Assembly: GCA_009602735.1 (NCBI GenBank)
Contig: WELA01002181.1
Coordinates: forward strand, 62,733 to 119,006
From: Mesotaenium endlicherianum
Lineage: Eukaryota
Direction: 5' to 3'
Length of the DNA: 56,274 bases
Shown here: positions 50,301 to 56,274 of the stretch, in pieces
Position numbering within the stretch: the stretch's first letter is position 1
Layout: every line of letters begins with the position of its first letter
Notes under the pieces: model-generated
The model's database searches: none
What the model saw: the letters and a program-made list of their open reading frames with translations, nothing else
Told to the model about the DNA's origin: nothing
Position numbers and translations under genes: made by a program

Positions 50301-53300
50301 TTCCCCTCCTCTTCTTCCGGCTGCTTCTTGTGCTCCTGCTCCTTTGCATGCGGCCATCGCTTGCAGAGCCCTTGCCGCACATACTTTAAAGTCGGGAGAG
50401 GGGAGCGAGAGGTGATGGGGTCTCTATCTCTGCTGTTTTCTGCTCACCTCCACACTGTGGCAGGCGCAGGTGCAGGTTCAAAGCGCATGCTGGTCCTTCC
50501 CCATGCCCCTCCCCCTGCCCCTGAACCTGCCTCTGCCTGCATTTAGTCATGCTTGGGAGCCCTCCACGTGTCATGCCACTGTTGCGAGAGCGAGCGAGAC
50601 GTGCTCGAGACGGCTCTGGTGTCCGGTCCACTCCCGCTGACTGCACTTGCGAGCAGCCCCCCTGTGTGCCACTGTCAGAAAGAGCAACGCGGAGGTAGAG
50701 AGAGAGAGGAATGCAGGCAGGCGCAGGGCTCTCTCATGATGCTTAATCTCTCCCTCTCCCTCTCGTCCTGGCCCTCCGTCCGCGCCTGCCCCCCCCCCCC
50801 CCCCCCCCCNNNNNNNNNNNNNNNNNNNNNNNNNNNNNNNNNNNNNNNNNNNNNNNNNNNNNNNNNNNNNNNNNNNNNNNNNNNNNNNNNNNNNNNNNNN
50901 NNNNNNNNNNNNNNNNNNNNNCCCTCCCCTCCCCCCGCCCCTACGCCCTCAAATGTAAGCGTTGCTCAAGAGGGGCAGCTTCCTCCTCGAATCTCCTGCC
51001 ACTCCATACCGTGCGCTGTGAGCCATGCACGGTGTGGGTCCATGCAAAACACGCCCCGTTTCTTCTCCTCGGTTTGTTCCTCGGTTCCCTTGAAGCCCGG
51101 AAACAACACTGGATCTACCTCCCTCGAGCATCTTCTCTCCTCGCCACCTTCTGCCCTTCATGACTCGGGTACGGCTCTGGCCTCTCATATGCTGACACGT
51201 GGCGTCCAAGTATTGCTTACTGGAGCCTCGGGCAGGGGTGCGGCTCCTGGCTGTAATCCTGGGCGTGGGATTTAGGGCTTCGGGCTCTAGAGGGAAGAGG
51301 GAATCAAATGTGGGGAGTCCTAAATTCTAGAGGAATCTCGAATCTGTACACACACGCGCATGCACCCTGCAGGAGGGAGAGGAAGAGCAATGCCAGACGC
51401 GCTCGCACGCTCACACATTCGCGCGCCCTTCTCGTCACGCGCATGCGCGCACCGCCCGGGGGGGGGGGGGGTACAGACTGGTTCAAATTCATGGGGCAGA
51501 AGGCGGACCCCTACATGCTGGGCTCGCCCTACGCCATCTCCTTCCCCGACGCCAGCAGCCTGCCACCTGGCAGCCCCATGGAGCCCGTCGACTTCCCCGT
51601 CGCCTCGTGCTCTGACGCGGCGCTCGTGTGCTCGTGCGGCGACTGCCCCTCGGCCAACGGCTGCGAGGAGCCCGTGCCGCCGCCACCTGGCAATCCCCAA
51701 GGCTGCCAGCTCCACTTCCTGGGATATTCTGTGAGCGGGCTCCCACCACCCCTCCTTGTGCCAGGTGTCAATGGCAGGCAGCGCACCGTGTGGTGGCCGC
51801 TCGAGTCCTGTCGGGTCTACGACGTAGTCTTGCTGTGTCTCTCTGTCTGCGTGGAGAAGGTTGTGAGGTTTCCAGAGGTGGAAGACTGGTTCCAACTCAC
51901 AATGCCCCACCACAAGCGTGTGGAATGTGATGTCTATGTGGTGGCCTCACTGTGCAAGGCTGGTGTGACGTGGTGGTAAGCTATGACAACTTCTTGTTGC
52001 TTATGTGTTTCAAGTGGCTATGAAAGCGCTTCATAGACTTGAGATGTGTTTAAGCATGTGTGGTAGTAAGCAAACAGGGAGCACCGCACAACCTGCAGAG
52101 GCGGGCAGAGGGGCGTGCTTCTCATGTGCTCTCCTGTGCATGATGGGGGCTGCTGATCAGGCGTATTGACAACGAGGCTCTTTCTTTCCTTTTGAGTGAT
52201 CGGTATGTGTGCACAAGGGTGTGGCAGCGGCCACGAGTGAGCGCCACATATATAGTCTGTGACATTGCCGCTCTAAAAGAGAAATAGAGTGCAAGCCAGT
52301 CAGAAGCGCATCGAAGGTGTCACTTTGGAAGTCGTGTGACGATTGGAAGGAGCCAATGACGTGTATCAGGCAGTTCACAAGGCAAAAAAAAGATGGCTTG
52401 AATGGGCACAATGAGTTCCGTATTATGAGAAACGAGGGGTCACAGAAAGGGAGGGGGGCATTGCAGGCCGCAGGACAGTGGGAGGACTCACGGCTGTCAC
52501 TGTCCCAATATAGGTCGGTCTCGTATCTCAGAGGGCATCGTTCATATGGGGGCATGCACGGGCGGTTGGTGAGCGGGCGGCAGGCACGGTGCGGTGACGT
52601 GGCGCTATACGTCATCTTCATCGCCTACGTGGCGGCGGTGGTGGCGGTGTACAGCAGGTGGGCAGCCGCCCAGCAGAAGGAGGACCCCACCGCCGAAGCA
52701 GCAGAGCCGCTTCTGGCATCCTCAGAGGGCGCCAGGGAGGCGCATGCCACCACTCCTGATGCTGCTGCGGGTGGTGGGGCTGCCAGGGCAACATCTTCAA
52801 GTGAGAGGGTAGGTGTTGCCGTCCCTGTGCGTGCAGGGCTCCCTGGAACGGCTTGGCTGGTCGCTGCCGGCAGCTGCTTGTCTCCTGGTGGGGGGGGTGT
52901 TGGGAGCGCTCTCACAGAGGCCTCAATGTCTGTATTCCATGACTTACCTGCACTCCTTGCTAGATATTGTCAGGCATGGGGGCTCCTGTCGAAGATGTTT
53001 GATTGAAGGGAGGAGCAGGAGGGAATGGAAGGAGGAGAGAGGTGTTTGGGGGGAGGAGTACAAGACGGTTGAGAGATCCTGTCGGGACGGGGGGAGAAGA
53101 GCGAGAGAGATGTTTGGAGAGAGGGTGGAGGGAGAAGAGGGAGAGCGACATCTGGCGCATGAGGGGGGGATGTAGCAAAATCGGTGACTCCCTTAGCCCA
53201 AGTGCCGCATCTGGGTCACGGGCAGCTGTTGGACTGCTGGGAAGCAGCAGAGTGCAGGTCCTGTTATGCGTGTGCTCAAAGGGAAGTGCTGCAAGCATCA

Positions 53301-55149
53301 GCTAGGGGCTGAAGGGATGGGTGGTGGCGGCTCACGGCCTTGAGCAGGAGGGGCGCGAGGGCGACGAGGTCGAGGCTGGCGCGCAGAAGGCCGCCCCAAC
53401 CTCTGGGCTGCAGCAGCTCCCGCCCTTCCAGCTGCACCTCCGCCGGTGGTTCATGTGCGCTGCGCTCTCCCCCTCATACGCTCAACTCCCCTCCCTTGCT
53501 GCCTCTTCCTCTCATATACACATGCTGCTGCCCAGAAGGTGAGCCAGATCTCGTGTGGAGCATGTCCGCACACATATCCGCCTTGTGGGGTGGTGCCAGC
53601 TGTTGACTGGCTGGAGAAGGTACTAATCCCCTGATGACTTACCAACTCTGCTGCCAGCGTGTGTCTCTCCTACTCCTTGCCTTTCCCTTCCTCTCTCCTC
53701 CCTCCCTCCCTTCCTCCACGGCTTCCCAGTGACCAAGCTGTGTTGGCAGCCCTCACAGCTGGCGCACTCCAGGCCAGCTGTGCGGCGCCACCTGTCCGGC
53801 CGTGACTCAGGGGCGCGGCTGAGGCTGAGGGGGACGCAGGTGGCAGGGCAAGTGGGTTGCCACACATCGCGGCTTGGTGCTTGTCGCGGCAGTGGTGGTG
53901 GTGCTGCTGCTCAGCCTGGGCATGACGCGCTTCCGCGTGGAGACCAGCCCCGCCAAAGTACGGCCTCCTCTTTCCCCATGCCCACGCACACCTGCAAAGA
54001 TTTAGTTGCGCTTATATTCGTCTCTATTTCTTGTGTGTGCATACGCGCGTGTCTTCTCTCCCTCCATCTGTGCTGCTGTGTCTCCGTGTTGCAGGTGCTT
54101 TTTGCAATGCCTCCCTCCCAACGAGGCTACATGAAGAAGGATCAGAACGCACCATTCGTGCGCTTGGGACCTCTGGAAGAGTACAGGCAGAGAGAGAGGG
54201 AGGGGAGAGAGAAAGTTGCCCAAGCGGCGTCGTTTGAGTGCTGCACACGCTTGGCAAAGGAAGACAGACGCCGGATAAATGCTTCGCATCAGCACAAGGC
54301 AGTGCCCCTGCCCCTCGCCCGCCTCTCCCCGCACCTCGACCTCCTCCCCGTGGCTGACAAGCGGCGCTGCCCACTGGGCTCCCTTGTGATGGGTGAATGT
54401 GAGTGCAGCTGTGGGTGGGCGCCGCAAGCCAGGCGGCGAGGGAGAAGGCTATCTACGACGCCCACCTGGGCCCCTTCTACCGCATCGAGCAGGCTCGTTG
54501 CTGCCAGCCCCCTTGCCCCTCCGCCCCCCCGCCCCCCCAATTTGCATGAAAGGCGAAGCAAGAAGAAGCATGTACTTAAGCTCCTAGCTCTAGGCTGGCT
54601 CAATGATGACGATGATGATGACGATGATGATGCACAGGTGTTGGGGCCGTGCCAGCTCATGTGACTTGTTTCTTCTCCTTCCTGCCCGCCGACCCTAGGC
54701 TCTCAGATGGCATATTGTGTTGCCAGCGTGTCGCACGTAAATCTCCACATACATTTGCCCCTCTGTCCTCGAGGGGGATTGAAGCCCGGCCATCAAGTTG
54801 CACCTCTCTCTGTAGGTCGTGTCTCCTCTCGTACTTTTGCACGCACGCGCGTGCGTCTGTGCGTGTTTTTTGTGTGCGCGTGCGCGTGCGTGTGTGTCTC
54901 TGTGCGTGTGTGCGTGTGCGCCTTTACATGGGCATCAATCGGTGATATAGGCCAGCTTGGCCTTGCGCCCTCCCACTACCCTCCTCTGCCAGCACTCTCC
55001 TGCATTGCACCATGGTGACGCTCATGGGGCATGGGGAGGGAGTGGGGGCGCAGCTGATCATCGGGACAAAGCCCGCGGGGCCAGGGCAGGCAGCGCCCGC
55101 CATCGTGACGGACGACAACCTGCAGCTCCTCTTCACTCTGCAGGCCAAG
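47375..55149 (+). CDS. NPC1: Niemann-Pick C1-like sterol transporter, 5' part (incomplete at window end)
   Basis: Exons 47375-47425, 47524-47606, 47802-47904, 48167-48274, 49542-49658, [missing exon], 51477-51730, 52584-52808, 53348-53454, 53840-53957, 54409-54492, 55054-55149. Motifs GYCSMYDTCGQR, CCTEQQF, GCPACLRNF, CSCGDC, FRVETSP.|LWV, PFYRIEQ|LII. The first two exons and the 53348 acceptor are less certain. Confidence 0.92.
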
Positions 55150-56274
55150 GTGGCTATGCGCCCCTCCTCTCTTTCTCCCCCTCCCCACCCGCCCCCCCCC
55201 CCAATGAAAGCCATTCCNGCTTGGGACCTCTGGAAGAGTACAGGCAGAGAGAGAGGGAGGGGAGAGAGAAAGTTGCCCAAGCGGCGTCGTTTGAGTGCTG
55301 CACACGCTTGGCAAAGGAAGACAGACGCCGGATAAATGCTTCGCATCAGCACAAGGCAGTGCCCCTGCCCCTCGCCCGCCTCTCCCCGCACCTCGACCTC
55401 CTCCCCGTGGCTGACAAGCGGCGCTGCCCACTGGGCTCCCTTGTGATGGGTGAATGTGAGTGCAGCTGTGGGTGGGCGCCGCAAGCCAGGCGGCGAGGGA
55501 GAAGGCTATCTACGACGCCCACCTGGGCCCCTTCTACCGCATCGAGCAGGCTCGTTGCTGCCAGCCCCCTTGCCCCTCCGCCCCCCCGCCCCCCCAATTT
55601 GCATGAAAGGCGAAGCAAGAAGAAGCATGTACTTAAGCTCCTAGCTCTAGGCTGGCTCAATGATGACGATGATGATGACGATGATGATGCACAGGTGTTG
55701 GGGCCGTGCCAGCTCATGTGACTTGTTTCTTCTCCTTCCTGCCCGCCGACCCTAGGCTCTCAGATGGCATATTGTGTTGCCAGCGTGTCGCACGTAAATC
55801 TCCACATACATTTGCCCCTCTGTCCTCGAGGGGGATTGAAGCCCGGCCATCAAGTTGCACCTCTCTCTGTAGGTCGTGTCTCCTCTCGTACTTTTGCACG
55901 CACGCGCGTGCGTCTGTGCGTGTTTTTTGTGTGCGCGTGCGCGTGCGTGTGTGTCTCTGTGCGTGTGTGCGTGTGCGCCTTTACATGGGCATCAATCGGT
56001 GATATAGGCCAGCTTGGCCTTGCGCCCTCCCACTACCCTCCTCTGCCAGCACTCTCCTGCATTGCACCATGGTGACGCTCATGGGGCATGGGGAGGGAGT
56101 GGGGGCGCAGCTGATCATCGGGACAAAGCCCGCGGGGCCAGGGCAGGCAGCGCCCGCCATCGTGACGGACGACAACCTGCAGCTCCTCTTCACTCTGCAG
56201 GCCAAGGTGGCTATGCGCCCCTCCTCTCTTTCTCCCCCTCCCCACCCGCCCCCCCCCCCAATGAAAGCCATTCC
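54162..56274. repeat. Apparently identical 1056-bp tandem duplication (54162-55217 = 55219-56274) split by one N; probable assembly artefact
   Basis: ORF tracks repeat at offset 1057, there is a single N at 55218, and the window ends exactly at the end of copy 2. Confidence 0.9.

Noticed and set aside
50727..50777. Exon-like segment (GCAG|...|GTCCGC plus C tract) as the missing NPC1 exon
   Set aside because: It encodes low-complexity GSLMMLNLSLSLSSWPS, has no NPC1 similarity and does not fix the phase mismatch.
51269..51295. Degenerate telomere-like TTTAGGG/TTCGGG; single TAAACCCTA at 21376
   Set aside because: Isolated units, not an interstitial telomeric array.
1507..55150. Introns as a recently spread introner/transposon family
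   Set aside because: The introns share composition but no alignable sequence and show no target-site duplications.

Overview
Eukaryotic, intron-rich nuclear DNA from a gappy draft assembly. Gene content is land-plant-like, and I infer a streptophyte green alga (possibly Zygnematophyceae). Ten genes can be reconstructed by hand: 3' part of an alpha-glucan phosphorylase (+), ELIP (+), tubulin cofactor A (-), eIF3h (+), an intronless PWWP protein (-), SNF7/VPS32 (+), XPD helicase (-), an ANT1/AVT amino-acid transporter (+), secretory PLA2 (+) and the 5' half of NPC1 (+). No RNA genes, CRISPR arrays or transposon ORFs are recognisable. The most striking signal is intron architecture in the GC-rich gene bodies. 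C/CT-rich tracts sit right after very degenerate donors, while the 3' ends are G/purine-rich with no polypyrimidine tract. 53 of 54 mapped acceptors are RCAG. Several introns show 9-19 bp of end-to-end complementarity that often includes the terminal CAG. This suggests structure-assisted, possibly U2AF65-independent, splice-site pairing that coexists with conventional introns in the AT-richer genes. All coordinates were read by eye and no folding or database search was run.
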